Below, one piece after another: positions 1 through 9,553 of a stretch of 64,000 nt of DNA; position 1 is the first letter of the stretch; each line of letters opens with the position of its first letter. The position numbers were made by a program, and so were the translations under genes. The DNA comes from Candidatus Omnitrophota bacterium (GTDB lineage: Bacteria; Omnitrophota; Gorgyraeia; Zapsychrales; Fredricksoniimonadaceae): assembly GCA_903944345.1 (NCBI GenBank), contig CAJARJ010000014.1, positions 990-64,989 of the forward strand, in the 5' to 3' direction. The notes beneath the pieces are model-generated. The model was not told where the DNA came from, made no database searches, and saw only the letters and a list, made by a program, of their open reading frames with translations.

Positions 1-2356
1 CAGGGAAACCCACGTCGACCTTGGCATTAAAATCCTGTCCGAAATCAAACCGCAGCCCGACTCCGACTCCCGCAATTTCATAATCACTGTACTCACCTAC
101 CTGCGGATTGTTCAGATACGCCGTTCCGTAATCAACAAAACCGGCGATACGGATAACTTCATCCACATATTTTCTGGTAAAGGGAATCCTGATCTCTTCC
201 GAGAAAGGTATCGGTGCCAACAGTTCGGAATTCAGCACCACACCATAATCACCTGTATGCCTGGACTGACTAAACCCTCTTACAGTATTGGCGCCACCAA
301 TAGAAAACTGCTCGACAGAAGGTAAAATATCTCCGGAAAACTGCGCCCGGGCTCTGGTTGTAATAATACTTCTGAAAGGAAGCTTCTGAAACCGGGCCAA
401 CTCAACATTAGTCTTGGCAAACTCCCCGCCCGCGCCCACTCTGGAAGCCAAATCGTCATTGGCTCCTGAACCGCCCAACATATCGGGAATGCCCTGGGAA
501 ACTTCCAAACTCAAAGTGTTCCTGCCATTGCGGGAAGCGTCCATTCTGTCCGCGTTCAATGCCATCCGGAGCACCCGCAAATTATCTTCACTGCTTAACT
601 GTCCCAGCATGTGATTCTGGGATTTTTTAATATCAAAACCGAGCTGAACATCCGCTTTCTGATTCAGATCCCGGTAAACAGGATGCGTCAAAAAGAATGA
701 AAGCGTTTCGGAAGCGCCTTTGGCGTCGATAGCCCGAAATTCTTTTTGCACCTCAAAGGCCGTTTTATCGTAAGAAACTCCGAAACGGGTCCCGGCTCTG
801 TTGACTGCAAGAGAATAGTCAATTTTTCCATAAGCCAGCGTATTGACAGGAACACCCAGAACACCCTGAACCTGGACCTTGTCCCCGTCCACAAGAAGGT
901 TGGAGCGATCCATTCCCATCCCGCCAAAATATTTGGTCACATTCCTCGAACCATAGTTATTGGCATCCACGAAGAAACGCGTCGGTGACTTGTCATTAAC
1001 CTTAAGAACAATATCAGCCGTTCCTGGCAGCTGCCCCTTGCGCATAACGACCTTGACAAAAATATTAGGATATTCATTGAGCAATAACAGGGATCTGTAC
1101 ATCTCACGATAATTAATGACTCCCTTGATAGAACACGAGAAATGACTCTTGATAAAATCGGTTGTATAGTGCTTGTTTCCATCCACAACAACCTCACCCA
1201 AACGCCCCTCAACAACAACGACCTTCAACACCCAGTTACTGAAATCCTGTGCCGGAAGAATGGCCCGGGCGAGGAAGAAGCCCTTTTTCTTGTAGTGAGA
1301 GTTAATAACACCCAGAATTTCCTGAAGATCCTTGAAACGCAGCGGCTTGAGCAAGTACGGTTCAAGCAGAGCTGAAAGTTCGTGCCCCGTAAAAATAGTA
1401 TTGCCGTCGAAGCTGAAACTGCCAACCTCGATCTTCTGCTCCTCTAACATTTTGAGTTCACTCTCGGGATAATCCAGTCGCCGGGATACATCGCCGGTCT
1501 GCCCGGAGGATTCTGTTTTTCCGGCAGTTACCACTCGGGAAGCATCGCCTTGCGGAACTCCACCTGCGGCAGCGACATCCTGAAAAGCCGAAGATGAGAA
1601 ATAATCGCGGTCACACACTTCGAATCCCAGTTTTTTCTCAAGATCCAGCTTGTCAGCACCCACGACCAGATCTGCAAGTTCAAAAGTCTCTGCGTCCTTG
1701 CGGGGAGAAACATCAAGCAAAACATCAACAGCACCAGGTTGCGCCCCTGAACTCAGCACAGCCCGTACGACCGAAGCCTCACTTTTGTTAAGCGACTGAA
1801 GAGATGCGGCAAACTTGTTGTAATTGAGCACACCATTAACCGTGCATGAAAAATATTTTTTAATAGCTTCCTGATCTTGCCCGCCCTTGACCGATACTTC
1901 TCCGAGACGTCCTTCAACAATCACAATCTTGAGAATCCATTTGTTAAATTCCTGAACAGGGAAAACAGCACGAGCAAGAAAGAAGCCCTTTTTACGGTAC
2001 TGGGCATTGATCACATCCAGCATTTCCTTTAACTCTTCGGAACGAAGTGGACGCAGAGCATACTGTTCCAGCATTCGAGAAAGCTCATGTGCGGTAAAAA
2101 CCGTGTTGCCGGAAAAATCAAAACTTCCGACAATAATTTCGCGATCTCTCTCTACAGCCGGATCTTCTGATGGCTGGAGTGCCTGCGGGTTTAAATCATT
2201 AGTCCACCCCATAGCCCCTCCGGCACGGGAAGACAATATCCCCTTTTCGACCACACCGGACATCGCATCAAGAGGGACCTGCTGAGACCAGGCAACAGAA
2301 GATGAAGAAAGGAAAGCAAATACCAGAAACAAGTTAAAAAGACGCAGGAATAGCAT
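1..2356 (-). CDS. TpsB/ShlB/FhaC-family two-partner-secretion outer-membrane transporter (C-terminal residues run off window start)
   Basis: Minus-strand ATG at 2354-2356 opens MLFLRLFNLFLVFAFLSSSS (signal peptide). Two ShlB-type POTRA modules follow (GNTxFTxxELSxxLExYxxxPL...KKGFFLARA...VEGRLGEV). The Omp85-like barrel ends ...GLRFDFGQDFNAKVDVGFP at position 1. It is missing from the ORF track because no stop codon falls inside the window. Confidence 0.8.
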   Translation of the reverse strand, partial: MLFLRLFNLFLVFAFLSSSSVAWSQQVPLDAMSGVVEKGILSSRAGGAMGWTNDLNPQALQPSEDPAVERDREIIVGSFDFSGNTVFTAHELSRMLEQYALRPLRSEELKEMLDVINAQYRKKGFFLARAVFPVQEFNKWILKIVIVEGRLGEVSVKGGQDQEAIKKYFSCTVNGVLNYNKFAASLQSLNKSEASVVRAVLSSGAQPGAVDVLLDVSPRKDAETFELADLVVGADKLDLEKKLGFEVCDRDYFSSSAFQDVAAAGGVPQGDASRVVTAGKTESSGQTGDVSRRLDYPESELKMLEEQKIEVGSFSFDGNTIFTGHELSALLEPYLLKPLRFKDLQEILGVINSHYKKKGFFLARAILPAQDFSNWVLKVVVVEGRLGEVVVDGNKHYTTDFIKSHFSCSIKGVINYREMYRSLLLLNEYPNIFVKVVMRKGQLPGTADIVLKVNDKSPTRFFVDANNYGSRNVTKYFGGMGMDRSNLLVDGDKVQVQGVLGVPVNTLAYGKIDYSLAVNRAGTRFGVSYDKTAFEVQKEFRAIDAKGASETLSFFLTHPVYRDLNQKADVQLGFDIKKSQNHMLGQLSSEDNLRVLRMALNADRMDASRNGRNTLSLEVSQGIPDMLGGSGANDDLASRVGAGGEFAKTNVELARFQKLPFRSIITTRARAQFSGDILPSVEQFSIGGANTVRGFSQSRHTGDYGVVLNSELLAPIPFSEEIRIPFTRKYVDEVIRIAGFVDYGTAYLNNPQVGEYSDYEIAGVGVGLRFDFGQDFNAKVDVGFP
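1085..2135 (-). repeat. Internal tandem duplication (~715-bp period) inside tpsB, giving two near-identical POTRA_2-like modules
   Basis: DNA and protein of about 1085-1425 parallel about 1800-2135. Examples: GSFSFDGNTIFTGHELSALLEPYLLKPL...KKGFFLARAILPAQDFSNWVLKVVVVEGRLGEV versus GSFDFSGNTVFTAHELSRMLEQYALRPL...KKGFFLARAVFPVQEFNKWILKIVIVEGRLGEV. Confidence 0.7.
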
Positions 2357-2535
2357 AATGCAGTCTCCCGGTTTATATAACCACTTATAAGTATATATTA
2401 TTATTCAGAATAAAGATAATGACAGCAAAGATTTACTTTTTTATCTCGCCTTGCAACCTGACACAATCCAAATAAAGAAGGCTTTACCGACTCCCCGCAC
2501 ACAAGCTTCCCTCTTGTGGCATTTTCCCCGCACTC

Positions 2536-2575
2536 TTCTTGCAAGAACCAGAAGAAAACAGATTCTTGCGAGAAA
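2536..2575. promoter_or_regulatory. Candidate operator: perfect 12-bp palindrome TTCTTGCAAGAA (2536-2547) plus a near-copy TTCTTGCGAGAA (2564-2575) in the tpsB / lipoprotein divergent intergenic region
   Basis: Read directly from the sequence. The sites lie in a 540-bp AT-rich divergent promoter region. Confidence 0.3.
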
Positions 2576-2896
2576 TAAGTGGATAAAAGCGACACGCACT
2601 AACTCTGTTACCCCAATCAATGTTTACAGAAATCTGCGAAACAACGCTGAAAAGAACCATCATTTTCAACACTTTAATAACCGGAAATCTGACTTGAATT
2701 CATCCGTATCTTTTTTGTACGAATACTTTCGTCGACATCAAAAGCCTGGAGTTCAATCCGGGTTTATTATTCCAAATAAAAAATTGTATTAAACGAAATT
2801 CATCTTATATTAGTAATGATTCAAAAAAATCCGGCATTAACAAAATCATTGTTCTGTGCTAACCCGGAAATCTGAAAAAAAATCAACTCCCGGTAT

Positions 2897-4315
2897 ATGG
2901 CTTACCCGAAACCCTTAATCTCTGCAGTTGCCCTCATAGGCTGTTTAAGCGTGTCTTTGACTGCCTCGGGGGCTACTCCATCAATGGACCCTCTGGTTCT
3001 GCAGGATGAGCTTTTCTTCTGCCAGCAGGAAACTGTAAAAATCAGGGAAGATCTTGCCTTCAAGGAAAAGGAAATCCTCAAACTGCTCAGCGAAAGAGAC
3101 ATGTTCAGCCTGCGCGCCAACACCCTTCTGAAAAAAGATGCCGTCTCCAGTCTTTTTCTCAACGAATACGCCTCGAACATCAAGGCTCTTTCCTCCGAAA
3201 AAGAAACTGTCAAATCTCAACTTGCCAGGATCATTCGTGAAAAAGATGACCAAAATATTGAAATACGCCGCCTTAAACAAAAGCTTGCCCAAGTCAAACC
3301 TGCAGCACTCAAGGCAGCCTCGACCGTAGCTCAGGCCAAGATCGAACGAGTCCGCTTCGGTGCCGCCAGAACAATCGAGTCCCTGCGTTTTGAAGCTGAA
3401 AAATCTCATCTGACAGTTCTCGACGAAATGGACGAACTCAAAGAAGCTATCGACAAAAAAGACCTGATCATTAACAAAAAAGAACAGGCCATTTCAAAGA
3501 TATCATCAGAAGCAGTTGCAAAAACCGAAATTGAACGCATTCGTTACGGTGCGGCCAAAACAATCGAAGCTGTCCGCTTTGACGCTGAGAAAGCCCGCCA
3601 GGCGCTGGTCAATGAAATAGACCGGCTGAAGCGCTCTCTGGACGAGAAAAATCTGGAGTTCACCAGAATGGCCAGCGAATGCGAAACCCGGTCAACCACA
3701 CTGCAGAAAGAACTTGCCACACGAAAGATGCCTGCAACAGAAAGAAGCAATGCCCTTACCCAACAAATAGCCGAACTCAACAGCGCCCTTTTAAAAACCC
3801 AGGAAGAACTCAAAAACAAAACAAATCTGGCCGCCACAGCTGCTCGCGAACAGGAACGGCTTGTGTCCCTCCTTAATGAAGAGAAGAACTCCAAACAATC
3901 CGTAGAGAAAACAATTCTCCAACTGCAAAAACAAGCCGGCGACTCGGACGCTCTTTTTCAGCAGAAACTGAAAACAGCAACAGACCCCCTGACGAAGAAA
4001 CTTGAGACGGCAGAAAAAGAACTTAAAAAATCAAAAGAAGAAAACCTGAAATTATCAGCCGCCAAAGCTGACTCGGTGGTGGAATTTTCCAAACAGCTCG
4101 CCGAACTCAAACAAGACCTGTCCGAACAAAAATCAGCCACCAAGGAGCAACTAAAGCTTATTGACACTCTGAAACAGGAAGCCGCCAAGGCAGGGACACA
4201 ACATAAAACTCTTCTGGAAGAAAAAGCAGCACTGGAAAAAACAATCACCCGCTTGACGGCTGAACTAAAAAGCAAAAATACACCCGCAAAAACAGACGCA
4301 CCATCCGGCAAATAA
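2897..4315 (+). CDS. Exported coiled-coil protein, probable lipoprotein (lipobox-like ALIGC), with internal sequence repeats
   Basis: N-terminus MAYPKPLISAVALIGC, followed by about 440 aa of heptad-rich K/E/L sequence. The unit K.EIER.R.GAA.TIE..RF.AEK occurs twice (around 3331-3400 and 3517-3590). Confidence 0.6.
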   Translation: MAYPKPLISAVALIGCLSVSLTASGATPSMDPLVLQDELFFCQQETVKIREDLAFKEKEILKLLSERDMFSLRANTLLKKDAVSSLFLNEYASNIKALSSEKETVKSQLARIIREKDDQNIEIRRLKQKLAQVKPAALKAASTVAQAKIERVRFGAARTIESLRFEAEKSHLTVLDEMDELKEAIDKKDLIINKKEQAISKISSEAVAKTEIERIRYGAAKTIEAVRFDAEKARQALVNEIDRLKRSLDEKNLEFTRMASECETRSTTLQKELATRKMPATERSNALTQQIAELNSALLKTQEELKNKTNLAATAAREQERLVSLLNEEKNSKQSVEKTILQLQKQAGDSDALFQQKLKTATDPLTKKLETAEKELKKSKEENLKLSAAKADSVVEFSKQLAELKQDLSEQKSATKEQLKLIDTLKQEAAKAGTQHKTLLEEKAALEKTITRLTAELKSKNTPAKTDAPSGK

Positions 4316-4350
4316 CTTACCTGTAGACCATCAATAGCGGCCAGACTTTT

Positions 4351-6348
4351 CTATTCATAACGTAAAGCTTCGACCGGATTTAATCCGGCAGCCTGCATGG
4401 CGGGTCGCAGCCCGAATACAATACCAACAAGTACCGAAAAAGACGTAGCCATTACCACAGACACCCAGGAAACTTTGGTCGTCCAACCGGCCAAAACAGA
4501 CAACAAAAATGCCGCTGAAACCCCCAGCAGCACTCCGGCCAGACCACCAGCGACTGTCATCAGTATGGATTCGATCAAAAATTGCGCTGTAATATCTGAA
4601 CGCCGAGCCCCTATAGCTTTTCTCAGTCCGATCTCCCTGGTTCTTTCCGTCACGGAAACCAGCATAATATTCATGATTCCGATCCCGCCGACCAAAAGAG
4701 AAATGGCCGCAATCGATCCCAATAAAACTGTCATCGTCTGGGTCGTGGCCTCAAGTGTCTGACGAAGTTCAGCCATATTCCTGATCTGAAAAGCTTCTTC
4801 ATTCCCGCTACTCAAGTTCTGACGCCTGATGATCAGCGATTTCAAGTCCTGCTGAACCTGCTCCATAAAAACCGGATCCGTCACCTCAACATCAATCGAG
4901 TCAACATACTGCTTGCCCAACAACCGGTTCATAGCCGTCGAAATCGGGACCAGAACCGTATCATCCTCATCCCGGAAACCTGAAGCTCCCTTCTCTGGCA
5001 ATACTCCAATAACCCGAAATCCTGTCCGGTTTATCCTGATGGATCGCCCGACAGGATCCTCATTGATAAACAGGGCGCTGGCTACAGTCTGTCCGATGAC
5101 AGCCACCCGTTCGCGCTGCAGAAGCTCTTTTTCATCAAAAAAACGCCCCAAAACAGGAACCGCCGAACGCATCAAGGGATACTCAACTCCAACGCCCTGC
5201 ACCTCGGAATTCCAATTTTTATCACCATACACCAGTTGCACCCGTCCTCTGACTGAAGGAGAAACCCGGCTGACATTATTTACAATTTTCATGGCTGCAC
5301 TGTCTTGCAAGGTAAATCGGGTAACCGTCCCTGCCTCAAGTGCCACGCCGTGCATCTGCGAAGACCCGGGGCGCACCATCAAAAGATTGGATCCCAAAGA
5401 AGAAAGCCGCTGCTCAATCGAGTCCCGGGCTCCCTGCCCCAGAGCCAGCATGGCAATAACAGCAGCCACTCCAATCAATATCCCTAACATGGACAACAAA
5501 GAACGTAAACGGTTGGCCAATATCGCATCCAGCGATTGACGAACATGATCCGAAAACTCGGCGCGGCCAAAAACTGACCCGGTGCGAGTCAAAACCTGGG
5601 AAATACTCCTGTTCTCACGAAGAACGACCGGCTTGAAATCCTTTTTTCGCTCATCCGAAATGATACGACCATCCCGCATCGTAATAATCCGGCCGGCATG
5701 CTCTGCAACCTCAAGCTCATGCGTGACCATAACAATGGTCTTGCCCTGTTGATTAAGCTGACGCAAAATCGCCATAATTTCCGCTTCACTTCTGGTGTCC
5801 AGATTTCCGGTAGGTTCATCTGCAAAAATAATCAAAGGCTCGTTGACCAGCGAACGGGCAATAGCAACCCGCTGGCGTTCCCCTCCGGACAGTTCTCCAG
5901 GAAGATGCCGGGCACGAGCCGCAAGTCCGACTGCGGACAATTTCTCCGCCGCCAGTCGTCTGTCAGCCTGCGGTCCGGCATACGTCAAGGGCAAAGCAAC
6001 ATTGGCCAAAGCGCTGATACGGGGTAAAAGATGAAACTGCTGAAAAACAAAACCGGCAATCTGATTACGTAAAACCGCCATCTGATCGTCGTCCAAACCG
6101 CTTATATCTGTACCATTGAGCAAATATGCCCCTGTATCAGGACGGTCAAAAAAACCAAGAATATGCAGCATCGTGGATTTACCGGAACCGGATGCCCCCA
6201 TGACCGCCACAAATTCTCCGGCTTCGATCCGCAAAGAAACATTATCCAGCGCCCGCACTTCCTCGCTCCCCATCCGATATGCCCTTGAAACATTTCTTAA
6301 CTCAATCATGGCATCCTTATCTGGCCGCACGCGGTCTGGATGGAACAA
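4351..6348 (-). CDS. macB: MacB-type ABC transporter (ATPase fused to FtsX-like permease); alternative start at 6309 (MIELRNV)
   Basis: Walker A GASGSGKST, signature LSGGERQRVAIAR and Walker B IIFADEPTGNLD. This is followed by a periplasmic domain and four C-terminal TM helices typical of MacB/LolCE. Confidence 0.85.
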   Translation of the reverse strand: MFHPDRVRPDKDAMIELRNVSRAYRMGSEEVRALDNVSLRIEAGEFVAVMGASGSGKSTMLHILGFFDRPDTGAYLLNGTDISGLDDDQMAVLRNQIAGFVFQQFHLLPRISALANVALPLTYAGPQADRRLAAEKLSAVGLAARARHLPGELSGGERQRVAIARSLVNEPLIIFADEPTGNLDTRSEAEIMAILRQLNQQGKTIVMVTHELEVAEHAGRIITMRDGRIISDERKKDFKPVVLRENRSISQVLTRTGSVFGRAEFSDHVRQSLDAILANRLRSLLSMLGILIGVAAVIAMLALGQGARDSIEQRLSSLGSNLLMVRPGSSQMHGVALEAGTVTRFTLQDSAAMKIVNNVSRVSPSVRGRVQLVYGDKNWNSEVQGVGVEYPLMRSAVPVLGRFFDEKELLQRERVAVIGQTVASALFINEDPVGRSIRINRTGFRVIGVLPEKGASGFRDEDDTVLVPISTAMNRLLGKQYVDSIDVEVTDPVFMEQVQQDLKSLIIRRQNLSSGNEEAFQIRNMAELRQTLEATTQTMTVLLGSIAAISLLVGGIGIMNIMLVSVTERTREIGLRKAIGARRSDITAQFLIESILMTVAGGLAGVLLGVSAAFLLSVLAGWTTKVSWVSVVMATSFSVLVGIVFGLRPAMQAAGLNPVEALRYE

Positions 6349-7273
6349 ATGGACTGCTTGTGCCCTTCACTTTTCTGGAGGCCAACGACAAACTTTTTCT
6401 GATGACAACATCCCCGGCCTCAAGTCCGCCCAAAACTTCGGTATTCTCCTCGTCTGAAATTCCGGTCAAGATCTCCTGTTTTTGCGGTTTTGTTTCTCCT
6501 GCACGAAAAACTGTCACAAAAGAACTCCCGTCCTGTCGGTCGATATACTCCGAAGGAACCAACAAGACATTCTCTCTCAGATCAGAAATAATCCGGACAT
6601 CAGCACTCATGCCGGAACGAAACACCTGCGGGATCTCGTCAGGGATAAGGTCAACGTAGTAGACAGTAACATTACTGACAACCTTTGATTCGTAATAGAC
6701 ATGCTCGACCGTTGCCCGCACAACCGTCTCTGGATACGCATCCAGCGTGATGCTAGCTCTTTGCCCGGTCTGCACCCTGCCGATATCTGTTTCATCCACC
6801 TGAGCCTGGACAATCAAGCGATCGGAAAGGACAACAACAGCATCAGCCGCCGTGACAACCTGTCCCGGATTTACCGCCTTGACAATGACATCCCCGTCAA
6901 TAGGCGCCAACAAGGGAATCGGCTTGTATGCATCTTCCCATTTACGCCGGGAATCTTCCCCCTGAAGGTAAGCTGCATCCAGTAACGCTGCCCGGTCAGT
7001 CGAACTCATAAACGCCAGAACGTCTCCGGTTTTTACCACCGCCCCTTCTTGAACAAGAATTTGTTCAATACGACCGCTAATCGGAGGCTTGACCTCAAGA
7101 CGATTTCTGGGTTTGACCGTACCCGTGGCTGTTATGGCTGACTCCAGCCTCCCCAGCGACAAACGCGTTCTTTTCTCGGCAGGATCCGGAGCAGTGTTGC
7201 GACGAAAGACCAAAAACAAAACACACAAGAGAGCCACCGGCACTATGACGAAAACAATGATCTTCTTAATCAT
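6317..7273 (-). CDS. macA: HlyD-family membrane-fusion (periplasmic adaptor) protein, MacA-like; ORF-track start is 7315
   Basis: Single N-terminal TM helix (IIVFVIVPVALLCVLFLVF) followed by biotinyl/lipoyl-like and beta-barrel segments typical of HlyD/MacA. It overlaps or abuts the macB start. Confidence 0.8.
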   Translation of the reverse strand: MIKKIIVFVIVPVALLCVLFLVFRRNTAPDPAEKRTRLSLGRLESAITATGTVKPRNRLEVKPPISGRIEQILVQEGAVVKTGDVLAFMSSTDRAALLDAAYLQGEDSRRKWEDAYKPIPLLAPIDGDVIVKAVNPGQVVTAADAVVVLSDRLIVQAQVDETDIGRVQTGQRASITLDAYPETVVRATVEHVYYESKVVSNVTVYYVDLIPDEIPQVFRSGMSADVRIISDLRENVLLVPSEYIDRQDGSSFVTVFRAGETKPQKQEILTGISDEENTEVLGGLEAGDVVIRKSLSLASRKVKGTSSPFVPSRPRAAR

Positions 7274-8534
7274 GCAAAGTCTCTCCTTTCGCCTGTTGCC
7301 AGGCAGCCTGCGCAATCAGGGCATTCATCCTGGCCTGCAAAAGCGTTTTCTGATCACGAACCAGATCATCCTCAATAATCGACCACTCGTTGAAAGATGC
7401 CTGTCCTGCCGTATACTGTGCTCCAACAATGCTGGAACGCTGGGTGGATGCCTCCAAAAACTTGATCTGAACATCCACCAGATCAAGACTATCCTGCCAA
7501 CTGGTCCAAGCCTGGGCAAGTGTCAATAAAAGCCCGTTTTTTTCAACACGATACTCTGCTTCGGCCTGCTGTAATCCTGCCTTGGCCCGATCCAAAGCCG
7601 CTTTCCGAGCCCCACCCTGAAATAAAGGGAACGAGAGTGTCAACCCGGAAGACCAGTCACTTGTATCAGCTGGCCAATCCGCACCTGTTTTCCCTGCGCC
7701 GGCATCAAAAAAAATCTGCGGCCAGAAGTTCGAACGCGCAGACTTAAGCGCATATCTTGCCGATTCTCTTTTCGCCAAAGAATATTTCAATACTGGCGTA
7801 CTATCAATCAATAGCTCAAAATCAGGCCGCTGCCGGTCAGCCGATCCGCTGTCCAGTTGGCCCTGCGCTCTTATCGATTTGAACTGATCCCGGCCCAAAG
7901 CCCGGGATAAACGAATCTGCGCCAACTCAACATTACGCAAAGCCTGTTCATACTCGCAAGCAGCTCTGGCCGTATTAGCACGAGCCGTCAGCAGGGAGCC
8001 TTTGTGCTCTCTTCCAACCTGGTATTGCAGATTAACGATATCCTCATTCTGCTGTCGTCTGGCAAGAATACCATCTGTCACTCCCAAAAACTCCTGTGCG
8101 TTCAAAAGCTCCACAAAGGCCGTCCGCAAATTAAGCCGGACATTGGCGGAAACAACCAGATAATGATATTCCGCCGCAGATATTTCTTTTCGCTGCGCTG
8201 CAGCGTCATTGGCTGTCTTAAACCCGTCAAACAACAGCTGTCTGGCAGATAACCGGTAAGAATGTTCTTCATTACGGGATCGTCCGGACACTTTACCGAT
8301 AGATGACCCCGCAGAGGCGCTCAACTGGGGAAGCCGGGTTGAGTTAACCTCTTTCAACCCGGACTTTATTCCATCGAGAACTGCCTGCGCAGCAACAAGA
8401 TCTGGATGGTTCTTCCGGGCCTCCGCAAGACAACTCTCCCAGCTCAACTCACCCTCGGCCCGGGCCAGTCCTGTACAAATCAACAAACCAAGAACCGGCA
8501 AGCCCCACCATGATATTCTGATCAAACGGCTCAT
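7266..8534 (-). CDS. TolC-like outer-membrane efflux protein (OMF)
   Basis: Signal peptide MSRLIRISWWGLPVLGLLICTGLARA, followed by two OEP-type repeats with helical/barrel alternation. The stop overlaps the macA start. Confidence 0.8.
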   Translation of the reverse strand: MSRLIRISWWGLPVLGLLICTGLARAEGELSWESCLAEARKNHPDLVAAQAVLDGIKSGLKEVNSTRLPQLSASAGSSIGKVSGRSRNEEHSYRLSARQLLFDGFKTANDAAAQRKEISAAEYHYLVVSANVRLNLRTAFVELLNAQEFLGVTDGILARRQQNEDIVNLQYQVGREHKGSLLTARANTARAACEYEQALRNVELAQIRLSRALGRDQFKSIRAQGQLDSGSADRQRPDFELLIDSTPVLKYSLAKRESARYALKSARSNFWPQIFFDAGAGKTGADWPADTSDWSSGLTLSFPLFQGGARKAALDRAKAGLQQAEAEYRVEKNGLLLTLAQAWTSWQDSLDLVDVQIKFLEASTQRSSIVGAQYTAGQASFNEWSIIEDDLVRDQKTLLQARMNALIAQAAWQQAKGETLHD

Positions 8535-9052
8535 TCCATATCCTCAGGAGGCATATCTCCGGAAAACTTTCCGTGTTTTTTGCCTTTTAGACCATTTTTA
8601 CGCATCTGATCATGTTTCTGACGAAAATGCCGGCCTTTTTCATCAAATTTCATAAATTGTTCGACTGTCAGCACCTTGCGAATTTCAAGAATAAAGGCCA
8701 ATCGTTGATCTTCCTGCTGATTTTTCAGCCCCTTAAGTTCATTATGAATACGCGTCACTTCCTGCTCATTGAGAGTTGCTGACTGCAGGGCGGCTGTCAA
8801 CTGCTGCCGTTTTTCATCCATAAGCGTCTTTAGATTCTCCCTGGCTTTTTCACTATTCTGGCGGATCTCCTTCAACTGGGTCTTTTGTTCTTCCGACAAC
8901 CCCAACTCTTCAAAAATCTTCTCCGGACCTTGCCCTCGCTGATGCCACTGGCGAGCCTCTCTGCCTTCGGACACTTCCTGGGCCGCAACCAAACTTGAAC
9001 CACTCAAAAGAAAAACTAATCCCGTAATGATCATAAGAAATTTTGTCTTCAT
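8531..9052 (-). CDS. CpxP/Spy/ZraP-family periplasmic LTXXQ-motif protein
   Basis: Signal peptide, then LSEEQKTQLKEIRQ and LTVEQFMKF (LTXXQ motifs), a helical K/E/Q-rich sequence and a basic tail. Confidence 0.65.
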   Translation of the reverse strand: MKTKFLMIITGLVFLLSGSSLVAAQEVSEGREARQWHQRGQGPEKIFEELGLSEEQKTQLKEIRQNSEKARENLKTLMDEKRQQLTAALQSATLNEQEVTRIHNELKGLKNQQEDQRLAFILEIRKVLTVEQFMKFDEKGRHFRQKHDQMRKNGLKGKKHGKFSGDMPPEDME

Positions 9053-9070
9053 TTTCCTGCCTCCATAGTT

Positions 9071-9553
9071 TTATAAAAAGTACTGCTCAATAAGTGTCCC
9101 GTAATCCGTTGCCCCGTTATCCCCCTCAATCAGCTCTGCCAGTACAAGAACAGATTGATCCTTATTCTCCTGCTCAACCAAAACCTGCGGCCCCGTAGTA
9201 ACATGAAGCAGCGAAAACACACCCAAAAGAACCACCAGCGACCACGCCAAGGCAGGCGCCGGAACCAAAAAACATTTCCGGATACCCATCAAGAAATCGC
9301 CTGCAATTTCCGCCAGGTCAGGAACCTGCCGTTTTTCTGTTTTCTCACGTATTCGCTGCCAGACAGATGGATCCACCGACTCGACTGGAGCTCCGACAAA
9401 AGGAGAAACAGTACGACTTTGAATCATCTCAAGAAGCTGACGGCATTCGGGACAAATCTTGAGATGCCCATCAACCAACGCCAGTCGTTCTGGTTCACAG
9501 CAGCCGTCGATATAGTCCGTCAACAAAATATCTCTTATTGTCTTACAATTCAT
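9071..9553 (-). CDS. Anti-sigma factor (zf-HC2 HxxxCxxC zinc finger plus one TM helix)
   Basis: N-terminal HLKICPECRQ motif and TM segment LVPAPALAWSLVVLLGVFSLLHV. It overlaps the upstream ECF sigma gene by 11 nt. Confidence 0.7.
   Translation of the reverse strand: MNCKTIRDILLTDYIDGCCEPERLALVDGHLKICPECRQLLEMIQSRTVSPFVGAPVESVDPSVWQRIREKTEKRQVPDLAEIAGDFLMGIRKCFLVPAPALAWSLVVLLGVFSLLHVTTGPQVLVEQENKDQSVLVLAELIEGDNGATDYGTLIEQYFL

Noticed and set aside
3300-3600. Tandem DNA repeats that could be mistaken for a repeat array
   Set aside because: They are diverged in-frame coding repeats of the coiled-coil lipoprotein, not spacer-separated CRISPR repeats.
4370-4385. Hairpin CCGGATTTAATCCGG near the convergent junction of the lipoprotein gene and macB
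   Set aside because: It lies inside the macB coding sequence (stop at 4351-4353) and has no U-tract, so it is not a terminator.
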